Assembly: GCA_951406725.2 (NCBI GenBank)
Contig: OX597815.1
Span: 211,482,001 to 211,546,000, forward strand
Reading direction: 5' to 3'
Origin: Octopus vulgaris
Lineage: Eukaryota
DNA: 64,000 nt
Every line of letters starts with the position of its first letter. Positions within the stretch are counted from its first letter, which is position 1. Under the pieces are notes generated by a model. The model made no database searches. It worked only from the letters and a program-made list of their open reading frames with translations, and had not been told where the DNA came from. Shown one piece after another: positions 1 to 13,129 of the stretch. The position numbers and the translations under genes are program-made.

Positions 1-671
1 GTTTCAGTACTGAAAAAAGTAGAATTTAATAGATGAACAATGTTCAGACTGATGCATTTCATTCGGTACTTTAAACGCCACCACTGCATGTCAGTGTGTA
101 TGGGACTTCAACTATCGGTGTGTGGGGCTTTATCTGTCGGTGGGAATGGGACCTAATGACCTATGGATGTGTAGATCGCACCTACGTGTCATACATAGAT
201 CTGCCTGCTCGATCAAAGAAGACCAATAGTTATACCAGAGCAATAAAAGCAGCAACAAGGATTAATAAGGACTTCACTTAAGTATAAATGATAGGAACAT
301 CATCGTGATTACCCGAACTGCTAGAAATAGAAGTTAGGTGCATTTGAAAATCTCAACCCTAGTGTCATACAAAATGATCAACAGATTGAGTAATGTGGTT
401 GTAGATAAACAACAGCTATTAGAGACCAAAGTTGTAAGGAAAGGGTGGTAGGTAAAGTGCATAACGAAGATTAACCAGTTCCGTGAGTACCTTTATGTGG
501 TTGCTCAGCCTGCTAGAAATAACGACCATTTTTTCCCTCAAAATTGTACTCACTCTTTTAAAATAAAATAAAAAAAGATATGACGTAACGTCATACTATA
601 GTATGATGGGATTGTCATAGCTGAAATACTTGCCTGAACATAGCTGATTTGAGCCCTATGACTCTCTAGAT

Positions 672-981
672 CAGGGGTTGGGAAACTTTTTTTAACCAAT
701 TACCCCAAAACATATTTATTTACGCTGATGTTACCCCCTTGATTTGAAAGGAAGAAAATCCTAGATTCTTGGAATTCAAAAGGTTTATTGGATCTATTTT
801 ATTCAATTTATTTATATAAATCTATTTACACGACAGATGTAGTGTTGCCAGAACAAAAATTTCTGTCATAACAAGGAACACTTTTTTTTATTTAATTTTA
901 TGTTTAATGAGTCTTCACAACCCTCAAGAATTTCATTTTTACCCCACTTAGAGTAAATATACCCCTGCTCGCAAACCCCTA
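672..981. mobile_element. hAT/Charlie-like MITE (degenerate)
   Basis: Left end CAGGGGTTGGGAAAC; right end GCTCGCAAACCCCT (imperfect inverted copy). Flanks ctctagat / atcaagat resemble the 8-bp nTCTAGAn TSD of Charlie-type hATs. No ORF. Confidence 0.55.
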
Positions 982-1276
982 ATCAAGATAATCAAATTAT
1001 CGATATTTCACCTAAGCGTAGATCCACGAATTTATAGAAAAAGATGTAATCATTTTCAAGGCATGACTAGTATCATCTATCAGTCCCAAAAGTATGAAAT
1101 CCAAATTCTTTATTAGCAGAACTTCAACTTAGGACATTAAGAGTTGAAACAATCTTTTTTTTTTTTAACATCTACCTTCATATGCTGTTCTCGGCTAGAG
1201 TGAGGAACGATGAAAGACATACATTTTCCGTTAATTACAAAACTTTTGAGTGACATTGTTCTATCATTATATCTTT

Positions 1277-1470
1277 GGCAGAATCGTTAGCACGACAATC
1301 GAAACGCTTAGTGGTATTTTGTCTGTCTTTACGTTCTGAATCCAAATTCCGCCGAGGTCAACTTTGCCTTTCATCCTTTCGGGGTCGATAGATTAAGTAC
1401 CAGTTGCGTACTGGAGTCGATGTAGTCGACTGGCCCCCTCCCACCAAATTTTAGGCCTTGTGAAAGGATT
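1277..1470 (+). mobile_element. tRNA-derived SINE family A, tail type A2
   Basis: GGCAGAATCGTTAGCACG head, box B-like GAATCCAAATTCC, central GCCTTTCATCCTTTCGGGGTCGATA..AAGTACCAG, tail ..AAATTTTAGGCCTTGTG. Many copies in the window. Confidence 0.85.
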
Positions 1471-1704
1471 ATGTCTTTGAAATACATGGAGGTCACAACG
1501 CTTTACAGACATACTGTCACTGTTGTGGCATATACCCTCCTCTGCCCTTAAAGTGCAAACAGCCCTAAGAATTCGGATATGAGATTCTAGGCCATAATCC
1601 CTTGCTCGAAGAAACCGACCCCGGAAGGATGAAAGGATGAAAGGCTACGCTAACCACGCAAAGAACCGTAACTAAATATAGGCAGGTATTCATAATAATA
1701 ATAA

Positions 1705-4145
1705 TTATGCTTTCTATTACAGGCACAAGGCCTGGAATCTTGGGGAAGAGTGTAAGTCAATTACATCGAAACCCTGGTCAACTGGTACGTATTTCATCGA
1801 TTCCCGAAAGGATAAAAGTAAAGTCGATCTCGGCGGGGTTTGAACTCAGAGCGTAAAGAACCGGTTGAAGTGATGCTTAGAATTTTGTCTGCCGTGTTAA
1901 CAATTGTGCCAACCCACCGCCTTAATGGTGGTAATAATAATGAATATTTTCAAGGCCAGCAATTTTAGGAGAAGCGAGAAGCCGATTCTATCGCCCCTAT
2001 TAATTGACTGGCTCTTTGTCTTATCGGCCCCTGGTGGAAGGAATAAAGGCAAAGTTTACATCAGGAGGAAAAAGCCACAAGTACCAATTCTCAAAAGCAG
2101 TGTTTCTAACAGAAGCGCCTATTTTTTTGACTTAGCTTCTAACAGAAGCTAAGTGAAAAAGTAAAGTCGATGCCGGTGGTTTCTGAAATCAGAACATGAA
2201 GAGCAGCAACTAAATTCAGCAAAACATTATGTTCATCGCTCTAAAAGTTCTGCATTATATTACCCCCGACAAAGTCCCAAAGCACCACAATTCGAGGAAG
2301 GAGCATAGTTGATTATATTAACTTCAATATTTCACAGATCATTTATTTTATCGACGTTTGAAGGCTAAAAGTTGATCCAGGCTGAATTCGAACTCAGAAT
2401 GTGAAGCGTTGTAACTAACTACCGCAAAATATTCTGTCAGTCGACCAAACTATTTTTGTATCAAGTTTAATAATTGCTTCTTACCAAGACACAAGGCCAA
2501 CAGTTTTGAAGAGTGGAGGAGTTAGCTGATTATATCGACTCTAGTGCTTGATGACATTTTATTTTATCGGCCCTGAAAAGTTGAAAGGCAAGGAAACCCT
2601 GGCGGCATTTCAACTCAGAAAGTAAACGGCTGTCACTAAATACTGCAAGGCAGCTTTCGGCGCTCAACCGATTCTACGAGTAGATAAGACTAATGATAAT
2701 AATATTGTTTCTAATCTATGTACGAGGCCAGCAGTTTTAATCGATATTATCGACTTTAGTATTTCACTGGTACTTTATTTTATCTGCTCCAAAAGATTGA
2801 AAGGAAAATTTGACATTAGTGGGGTTAACTTAACCTTTCGTTCCTCCGGGAGCAATTAATAATAACAATATTGATTTCAAATTTTTGCACAGGACCAGCA
2901 ATTTCGGGAGGGGATATAAGTCGATTACATCGACTCTAGTGCTCAAATGGCACTTATTTTATGACCCCGAAAGGATAAAAGGCAAAGTCAACCTCGACGG
3001 AATTTGAACTCAGAACGTTAAGACTCGGAATAAACAAATATCACATTCTAACGATTCTGCCAATACGTTTAATAATCCTTTCTACTATAGGTACAAGGCC
3101 TGAAATTTGGGGGTGGAGGGAGCAAGTCGATTACATCGACCCCATTGCTCGCCTGCTATTTATTTGAACTCAGAACGTAAAGACGGACGAAATGCCGCAA
3201 AGTATTTTGCCCGGCATGCAAACGATTCTGCTAGGTCGCCGCCTTAACCCAATAAGTTTGATAATAACTGTTCTAATTTAGGTTCAAGTTTTGAGGGAAG
3301 ATACTTAACAAATACTATCCACCCTAAAACTTGACGGGTATCTGTTATCGACCCCGGAAGGATGAAAGGCAAAGTTGGTCACTGTGGTATATAAACAAAA
3401 CGTAAAGAGCCGGAAAAAATAACCCTAAACATTTTGTCTGACATTAATGCTTCTGCTAACCCACCACCCTAAAAAGATTCTAACATAGGCACAAAATCAG
3501 AAGTTTGGGAAAGGAGGGGAACAATCAACTGTGTCGACCTCAGTTGTTGATTGGTACTTTATTTTATCGACCCCGAAAGGACTGAAAAAGGCAAAGTTAA
3601 CATTAAAGAACAGGTACCAAAAACTGCAAGGCCGAACGCTAATGATTCCGAGAATAAGATTAATACTAGAATCAGAAGTTAGATTAATAACAAAATCAAT
3701 ATATAAAAAAAATAAATTCTAATTTAAGCACAAAGCCAGTAGTTTTGAGGGGAGAAGAATAGAAGATTAACAACGACTCCTGTTCTTGATTGGTTCTTTA
3801 ATTTATTGACCTCGAAAAAACAACGAAAGGCAAGGTTGACTTCGGTAGTATTGGAACCCAGAACGTAAAGAGCCGAAACAAATACCGCAAATTAATTTTC
3901 TCAGCGCTCTAACGGTTCTACTTAATTGTTTCTGATTAAGGCAAAAAGCCAGAAATTTTAAGGGGCGAAGCAAGTGGTGGTTAATCGATACCCTCAACCG
4001 CACTTCTTGACCGGCACTTTATTTTATCGACCCCGGTGGGATGAAAGGCAAACTGGTCTTCGGTGGGATTTGAACACACAACAATCGTAAAGCGCCGCCG
4101 GAACAAATGCAAAACGATATTTTATCCGAGGCGCTAACGATTTTA
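1705..4145 (-). mobile_element. Head-to-tail array of about 11 diverged SINE A copies
   Basis: Recurring unit GGCACAAGGCC..TCGACCCCGAAAGGATGAAAGGCAAAGTC..TTTGAACTCAGAACGTAA..GATTCTGC roughly every 200 bp (starts near 1705, 1945, 2275, 2475, 2705, 2870, 3075, 3268, 3475, 3715, 3925), often separated by short (TAA)n. Confidence 0.85.
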
Positions 4146-4231
4146 CCAAAAATATTTATAACCGTATCACATGCTAAATGAATAAATAAATAAAGCTATT
4201 GATAAATAATGCAAGGAAACATGGGACTTAC

Positions 4232-4334
4232 CTTGTCGTGTATCCGGCAAATTGTAATCACGTAAGACAGCTGAGTGCACCGAAGTTATTACAAGAAGAA
4301 TATGTAAAAGCCGTTGCCGCAAAGTTAGCGACAT
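4232..4334 (-). CDS. First coding exon of a secreted or type I membrane protein (signal peptide); gene continues leftward beyond the window
   Basis: ATG at 4334 gives MSLTLRQRLLHILLVITSVHSAVLRDYNLPDTRQ + 1 nt: basic n-region, hydrophobic h-region, VHS|A cleavage-like site. It ends at a consensus donor CAAG|GTAAGT (phase 1). Unique sequence; too short for the ORF track. Confidence 0.7.
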
Positions 4335-5641
4335 GTCGTTTGTTTGTTTATAATAATAACAAGAAGAGATGGAAAGAAAGAGAGAAGGAAGCAGGCAAGT
4401 TTCGAGTTAGTTTTAGCTATGTTTGGAAGAGTTGGAATGCTTACATGTAATAATAATAATAAAGTAGTTATAACATAACGAAGATGATAATGATACAACA
4501 TTCATTGGGAGATATTTAAACTATAAAGACGAACGTGGACAGGTTGATACGAAAAAAAAATTAAATATATAGATATAGGTATATATATATATTATCACAT
4601 CGTTGATTTTTTTTTTTAGGGGTTTTTAACAAAAAAGAGAAAGACATTAGAATGATAACGACGGGACGAATGATAACAGTAACAGCATCTATAGATGTTG
4701 TGAAGAGAATATATATATATATATATATATATGTGTGTATATACTATATATATATAGGCATATATATGTATATACAAATATATATATATATATATAAATA
4801 AATAAATAACAGCGTCTTCGTCGTGGAAGTGATGGTGGTAGTAGTAGCCCGTCGTCTAACAACTAACTTACCACTAACTACTACTACTACTACTACTGGA
4901 ACAACAACAGCAACAACAATCACACGAATAACATCAGTAGCAGCAGCAATAACAATAGTGGAACTTGGTGGCGGTTGAAGTAGTAGTAGTAGTAGTGATA
5001 GTAGTAGTAGTAAAAACAACAACAAATATAAAAAAAAAACTTGTAAATTGAAGGGGACGGCGGGTGATGATTACGATGACGAGGTTGATGCTGCTGCTGA
5101 TGCTGCTGCTGCTGCTACTACTGCTACAACTGCCGCTGCTGCTGCTGCTGTTGATAACGGTGATGATAATGGTGATGATAATGGTGATGATAACGGTGAT
5201 GATAATGTGGTGTTTTGTAATGTAATAATAGCGAGAATGGTGTCGGTGACGGCGGCGATGATGAGGATGATGACGACGACGACGGCGACTATGGTGTTGA
5301 TGATGATGATGATGACGATGACGACGATGATGATGATGATGATGATGATGACGACCACGATGATGACAATGCTAGTGACATTAGTGAAGCTGACAAAGCC
5401 GGTTTACGTGTGACGCTCGATGAAGAAGTTTTATGCCAGTAGAGGAAAGTGTATAGGTGTGAGAAGATAAATGATGATGACGATGACGATGGCGGCGGTG
5501 GCGGTGGCGGTGGTGGTGGTGGTGGTGGTGGTTGGAGGTGGTGGCGTTGATATGATAGTGATGACAATGACGAGAAAGCAACGTGGATCACACACATATA
5601 TATATATTAGATATTTCTTCAGATCTGCTGCTACTACCTAC
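4335..5641 (-). other. Putative long 5' UTR portion of the ATG-containing exon
   Basis: SINE-free sequence upstream of the ATG. A long minus-strand polypyrimidine tract (5650-5697) ends in GAAG|G at 5642/5641, a candidate acceptor; candidate upstream donor AAG|GTAAAA at 5869/5868. No transcript evidence. Confidence 0.3.
4830..5570. repeat. Compound trinucleotide microsatellites (ACT, AAC, GCA, AGT, GCT, GAT, GAC, GGT)
   Basis: Directly visible consecutive triplet runs. Confidence 0.95.
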
Positions 5642-5925
5642 CTTCACAAAAGTAAAAAAAAAAGAGAGAGACAGGAGAAAAAAAAAAAATGAAAATGTCC
5701 CACCTATTTCAAAAATCTATGGAAATATTTTTAAAAAAAACAACATTTCATTTAATTTTTCCATAATTTAATTCTTTTTCATGATTTATTCTAAGTTGAA
5801 AAAGTCGCAAAGACTGAAACCGGTGTTAAAATGTTTTTTAATGATAAAATTATTTTAGCATTTTTTACCTTGTCCTATTTTCTTTTATACATATCAACTC
5901 GTGTGTTACTTTTCAACTTTCTACA

Positions 5926-5964
<39 letters not shown>

Positions 5965-6274
5965 GCACACACAAAATATTTGCTAAACGAAAAAACCCGC
6001 CTCAACAATATTTAATAATAATAATAGTAATGATAATAATAATGATGATGATGATGATGATGATAGAGCTGGCTGTGACAGTATTGGTAACGGTAATGAA
6101 AGGGATGATGAGATGAGTATGTTGGTGATGTATTAGAAAAGGGGAGGGGTAGCTTTTCGAAGTTTCATTTTTTTTTTTTATTTTGTTTCTTGTTTTTTTT
6201 TGCTTTTTTTCCTTCACTCTCAAAGAAAACTGAATAAACAGCTGGTAATAGGGTCCAAACGAGAATTCTTTCGA

Positions 6275-6290
6275 ACTCTCTCTCTCTCTT

Positions 6291-6336
<46 letters not shown>

Positions 6337-6564
6337 CGGTCTATCTGTCTTGTCGGGTAGCTGGGTCCAAAACGAGGAGCTATAAGCTACATGCTAAACG
6401 GACACCCCGTATGTACAAAAAATCACCATAGACCAACTATTTAAATAAATGCATGCTTTCTACCGCTTTCTCTCTCAGTTTATTTCTCTCTTTCTCTCTT
6501 TTCATACAAAAAGAATAAATAAAAGAGAAAAAGAGAAATGCATATACATATATAGAAATAAATC

Positions 6565-6625
<61 letters not shown>

Positions 6626-7324
6626 GTCTTCCCTCCTCTCACCGATGTAGTACTTCGCTACTCTTGTCTCCTCGCTTCTTCTTTACCAGAACTAACTCTA
6701 ATTATCTTTCCTCCTCTCACTATCCCCGCCTTCTTTTGACTATTTTACTACACTTTCTCTTTCCCAGATGCGCATACGCACACACACACACAAACAGTAC
6801 ACACACACTCACACACACAATCCCACACACACAATCACACACACATGTAAATATAAACTGGTCCGACGCGCAAGCACGCACATGCTCACACAAGCACACA
6901 CACACACACACACGCGCACGCACTCAGACGTGCGTGCGAGCGAGCACTCACGCACGCACACTCTCTCGCACACACACATACACACACATGTAAATATAAA
7001 GATGCTCCGACACACTAACATACACACACTCACACACGCAAACACACACATACACAGACCGTTACAAACTTTCGCTCGCGCGCACACACGCATTACTTCC
7101 ACTCTCCCTACTACTCTCTCCAGATATACCCCTCCTTTTCTTTTATCTTTCTGTCTCTCTCTCCCTTTCACCTTTTCTCTCTCTCTCTTTCGCTTAACCA
7201 TAAATACAGAACATCCTTGCCTCAACCATACTATTTCACTCTTTCTGTCCCTCTCACTGAGACTCTCTGCCTCTTTCCACATCTCTCTCTCTCACTCTCT
7301 CATCAAGACTGTCTCTTTCTTAAA

Positions 7325-7364
<40 letters not shown>

Positions 7365-7383
7365 AGACTGTCTCTTTCTTAAA

Positions 7384-7423
<40 letters not shown>

Positions 7424-7436
7424 AGACTGTCTCTTT

Positions 7437-7492
<56 letters not shown>

Positions 7493-7704
7493 TCACACAC
7501 ACACGCACTTTCATTTTTCCTCTTCCCTCTTCTACTCCTTTTCATTTTACACACATTTATTACTATTACTATTACTCTCCACCCTTCTCTTCCCCCCTAT
7601 CAACAACCGCGCGCACACACACACACGTACGCACATGCAGACACACCCACATACACAAACCCCCTCTCCCTCTCTGTCTCTATATGTCTGTCTCTGTCTC
7701 CACA

Positions 7705-7738
<34 letters not shown>

Positions 7739-8037
7739 GTCTGTCTGTCTCTCTCTCTCTGCCATTTCAGAGTTTTACTCTTCACCTCCTCACACCCTCT
7801 CACTCTCTCTCTCTCTCTACCGCTCTTGTCGCTCCGACTCTTTTTTTATGTAACTCTTTTCTTTGTTTTTTATATTTTCTCTTCTTTCTAAAATCCAACT
7901 CTTTCTCATACCTCCCTTATACAATCACTCTGTCTGACTGTACGCCTGTCCATTTGATTTTCTCTCTTTTCTTTCTCTCTGTCTCTCTCTCTTTCTCTGT
8001 AAACACACACACATATATATATATGCATATATGTATG

Positions 8038-8095
<58 letters not shown>

Positions 8096-8221
8096 TATGT
8101 ATATATGTATGTATATGTATATATATGTATGTATGTATATGTATATATATGTATGTATGTATATGTGCATATATATGTATGTATATGTTCATATATATGT
8201 ATGCATGTATGTATGTATATG

Positions 8222-8255
<34 letters not shown>

Positions 8256-8268
8256 CATACATGCATAC

Positions 8269-8330
<62 letters not shown>
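6275..8330. repeat. (CT)n/(CA)n/(TA)n microsatellite block, including a 3-copy ~60-bp unit at 7297-7490
   Basis: Visible repeats; CTCATCAAGACTGTCTCTTTCTTAAATC followed by (CT)n occurs three times. Confidence 0.9.
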
Positions 8331-8613
8331 CAGATGAATAAAGTTAACACATGGTCTGGTTTTCACGCTTTTTATTATGGTATAGCACTAATTTTGGTAA
8401 AATACCATAATAAAAAAAAAACGTGAAAACCAGACTGTTTTAACTTTATTCTATAGACATTCACATAAATTCGAAATAAAATGGTGCTCCAGTATGGCCT
8501 TGGTCTTGATGGCTAAAACACAGCAAAGAATTCAGAAATAAAAGAAAAGCAAAGAAAATTGTTTTACAGCGTGCAATCACAGCATGTGGGCGCGCAAACA
8601 CACATATATAAAT

Positions 8614-8660
<47 letters not shown>

Positions 8661-8698
8661 AGCATATACACATACATACGTACATGTGAGTATGCGTG

Positions 8699-9238
<540 letters not shown>

Positions 9239-9599
9239 GATTTCATCTACGAGATCGAACACTGCACGCAGACGTACACGCGTATACGTGCTCTTCTGTA
9301 TACGCATGCGAGCATGCATGCCTAAGTCTTTACATATAAGTCAGCTGTCGATGTGTGTGTATGTGTGTGTATGTGTGTGTCTGCGTAGGCGCATGTGTGA
9401 AGCCTGACATGAAAGAGATGATAACTTCGGTATATGTGTACGGGATATGATTCTCTCGTTTTTATTTTTTTTAATTTTATTTCATCTTTCTTTTTATCAA
9501 CTTACAAAGTGTGAGCCGACCTCTCCACTCTCCATCTATTTATTCACCAGTTCACTTATCTCATCCTCCATCAGTCGGTTTCTATGTTCAATAATCCCA

Positions 9600-10115
9600 A
9601 TTATCCATCAAACCATCTTTTCATTGGTCCATCAATCCATCCATCCAGTCAACAGATTCTCAGTCACTCGATCGATCTATCTATCCATCTAACCATCTGT
9701 TGTCTATTTTTACAAATATGCTATCATCCATCCATCCATCCACCCGTCTGTCTTTCGCCCCATCCAGCTGTTTATTCATTCATCTCATCTCTCCTCTTCC
9801 CTGTTCATCCATCCATCGATCAAGCCAGCCACCCTGCCGCCTTTCGCCCGTCTAGCCGCTTATTCATTCCTCTCTCCTTCCACCTATCCGTCCATCCATC
9901 CATGCGAGTATCCATCCAGAAACCATCAAATCAATCCATCCATGCAGCCATCTATCCATCCCGATATCGGCCCATCCAGCTGTTTCTTTATTCGTCTCTC
10001 TTTCCGTCCAGCCATTCATCCATTTGTCCAGTCACCCAAACAACCACTCTCTCACTCATCAGCCAGATAACTCCGCACCCCTACACAGACTGTCTGAATT
10101 CATCCATCCCACCAT
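9600..10115. repeat. Degenerate (CCAT)n array
   Basis: Recurrent CCATCCATC motifs with heavy divergence. Confidence 0.7.
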
Positions 10116-10187
10116 ATACCCGTTTGTGACTGATGTGCAACTCTACAGATAACAGACTAAAGTAATGAGGCATTTTACAGGTCAATA

Positions 10188-10806
10188 GATTCTTTTCTAC
10201 ACTTGGCACAAGGCCCGACATTTTGGGGGAGGTGGGGCAGTTGATTAGGTCGACCACAGTACGCAACTGGTACTTAATTTATCGTCCCTGAAAGATGAAA
10301 AGCAAAGTTGACCTCGGCGGAATTTGAACTCAGAACATAAAGATAGACGAAACACCGCTACGCATTCTGCCCGGCGTGCTAACGTTTCTTATTTCTTTAT
10401 TGCCCACAAGGGGCTAAACATAGAGGGGACAAACAAGGACAGACAAACGGATTAAGTCGATTATATCTACCCCAGTGCGTAACTGGTACTTATTTAATCG
10501 ACCCCGAAAGGATGAAAGGCAAAGTCGACCTCGACGGAATTTGAACTCAAAAGGTAACAGCAGACGAAATGCCTATTTCTTTACTACCCACAAGGGGCTA
10601 AACACAGAGAGGACAAACAAGGACAGACAAAGGGATTAAGTCGATTATATCTACCCCAGTGCGTAACTGGTACTTATTTAATCGACCCCGAAAGGATAAA
10701 AAGCAAAGTCGACCTCGGCGGAATTTGAACTCAGAACATACAGACAGACGAAATACTACAAAGTATTTCGCCCGGCGTGCTAACGTTTCTGCCAGCTCGC
10801 CGCCTT
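10188..10806 (-). mobile_element. SINE A trimer (A1-A1-A2)
   Basis: Three copies of the central domain. Minus-strand junctions AAGAAATAG|GCATTTCGTC and AAGAAATAAGAA|ACGTTAGCAC. The whole unit is flanked by TTACAGG(T/A)CAA. Confidence 0.85.
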
Positions 10807-11944
10807 ACAGGACAACAAATTAACAAGAACATTCGGCATGCCAGCCACACACACACAAAAAAAAAATCAAGTTTTCACCATATGTTAATGCAACCCCCAC
10901 GCATCTTATTAACGAGTATATTCAAATTATATTGGTTATTAATGAATTTTGTCCTTTCTTCACCTTATAATTATTTATAATGAGATTGATTTTTTTTTTA
11001 CTAACAAGACGACTGCTAATTAGATTGCCAAAGAGAAATAAGTAATCAACCGGTGAGATGAATTTTGTGAGCGCGTGTGCGCTTGTGTGCACGCATGTAA
11101 GGTATGCTTGAACGTGTGTGTGTGTGTGTGTGGAGAGGGAGGGAGAGATAAAAATATATGCATACGTATATTAAAAAAATGAGAAAAAAAATGGAATTCA
11201 CGAGACTTTTTATTCGCTAGTATCGCATCTATGCATCATGCACCGGTACTGTGCAGGTGAGATGCTTTACAAACATTCGTGGTGCATCGTAGTTGCAGAT
11301 GTGTCTCCTCAGGTATATACATATATATATATATAAATTAATAAATAAAACATATGCATATTTACATCCATATATGTACGCACCTACCTCTACATGTATA
11401 TATACACGCATATATGGGTACAGGACACCAAAAAAAAAACGTCGAACACCATGAGAAACGAAAACATAACCACAAAACCAAGAAACTGGACATTTTTCTT
11501 AAACAACAACAAAAAATAGAGTACAGGACAAATAACACAAGGAAAATTCCCGTTCTTCAGTCGCCGAAGGTGAAGGCGATACGCATCTTCGATAGAAACT
11601 TTCTTTCCCGCGAAAAGCAAATTAAATAAAATTTGTGATCTTTTTGCGGAGGGGTAAAAATGGTAACAAATATATATATATTTATATACACACACACACA
11701 CACACACATATTTATGTATGTGTGTGTGTGTAAAATAAATACACGAGCATATGATATTAGTAAACACACACACGTTACCCTTGGAGTGGAAGTTAAAAAT
11801 GTTGACTATACTATAGATTTTTTTCTCTGACACAAAAGGAAATCGATCTCACAAGTTTCGAGGTTATCACTGTCTCTTTAGAGATCTAATACTCATTTAC
11901 TGTCCACAGAAAAAAATGGAAAAGACATATGCAAATATGCATGT

Positions 11945-12125
11945 ATGTGGTAAGTAGATTACTTACCAACCACATGGTTCCGGGTTCAGTCCCATGCGTG
12001 GCACCTTGGGCAAGTGTCTTCTACTATAGCCTCGGGCCGACCAAAGACTTGTAAGTGAATTTGGTAGACGGAAACTGAAAGAAGCCTGTCGTATATGTAT
12101 GTATGTATATATATATATGTGTGCA

Positions 12126-12161
<36 letters not shown>

Positions 12162-12372
12162 CGTGCTTGCGTGTCTGTATTTGTCCTCCCAACATCGCTT
12201 GACACCTGATGCTGGGTGTGTTTACGTCTCCGTAACTTAGTGGTTCGGCAAAAGAGACCGATAGAATAAGTACTAGGCTTACAAAGAATAAGTCCTGGGG
12301 TCGATTTCCTCTACTAAAGGCGGTGCTCGAACACGGCCGCAGTCAAATGACTGAAACAAGTAAAAGAGTAAA

Positions 12373-12375
<3 letters not shown>
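11945..12375 (+). mobile_element. tRNA-derived SINE family B (CORE-like domain, internal microsatellite)
   Basis: GGTTCAGTCCC box B, CORE-like ACCTTGGGCAAGTGTCTT, internal (TA)n(TG)n, tail ..GACTGAAACAAGTAAAAGAG. Confidence 0.85.
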
Positions 12376-12407
<32 letters not shown>

Positions 12408-13129
12408 GTACGTATATATGTATATTTATGTATGTATATTTTGCCTCATCTGCCTCTTTTACTTTGATCATTAGACTGCCTTCGAGGATTTAGTCAAACA
12501 AATCGATGGCAGTACAATTTGTTTTTCTAAGCCCGATACTTACTATATCGGTCTCTTTTTGTAGAACAGCTAAGTTACGGAGATGTAAATAAACACTGGT
12601 TGTCAATCGGTAGTGGTTAACAAACACAAATACAAAGAGACACACAGTCACACACACGTATATACACTCACAGACACTCAGGCACACACACACATGTATA
12701 TATATTAGAAACTTTGTATTAGAAACTTTACATGCTTCGGGGTGCAAGGCAAAAGAGAAAAGCGGCTGCAAATACACCCCCTGCACTGACCCGTAATGCT
12801 CATACTTACATGATCTGTGGGCTTTTTTGCAAATCGTTGGCGGGACTTAAATGTCCCATTCGATATAAGCATTATGACTGACAAAGAAAGCGTAGGTTGT
12901 CGGATCCTCATGCATCGAAACCGATGGGAGAGTCCATCATATACACGACGGGCTTCTTTCAGTTTCCATCGCCTAAACCTATTCATAAGGCTTTGGTCGA
13001 CCCGGGTCTATAATAGAAGACGCTTTGCCCAAAGGGCGACGGTGGGAGACTGCACTTGCCCATAACCATACAGTCGGGAAGCAATCTTCTTATCGTATTC
13101 AAGGTCGCTTGCATTATAATGCCATTGCT

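Noticed and set aside
96-281. 61-aa ORF
   Set aside because: It has a non-ATG start and no clear splice sites; it may be a decayed LINE end but I cannot support that.
1705-4145. CRISPR-like repeat/spacer array
   Set aside because: The units are ~200-bp diverged SINEs also dispersed elsewhere, the context is eukaryotic, and there are no cas genes.
4744-5692. Poly-Ala/His/Pro/Ser/Met ORFs resembling transcription-factor low-complexity regions
   Set aside because: They are overlapping triplet-repeat frames on both strands with no domain, and stops separate them from the signal-peptide exon.
12800-12930. U1 snRNA-like start ATACTTACATG
   Set aside because: There is no further U1 similarity.
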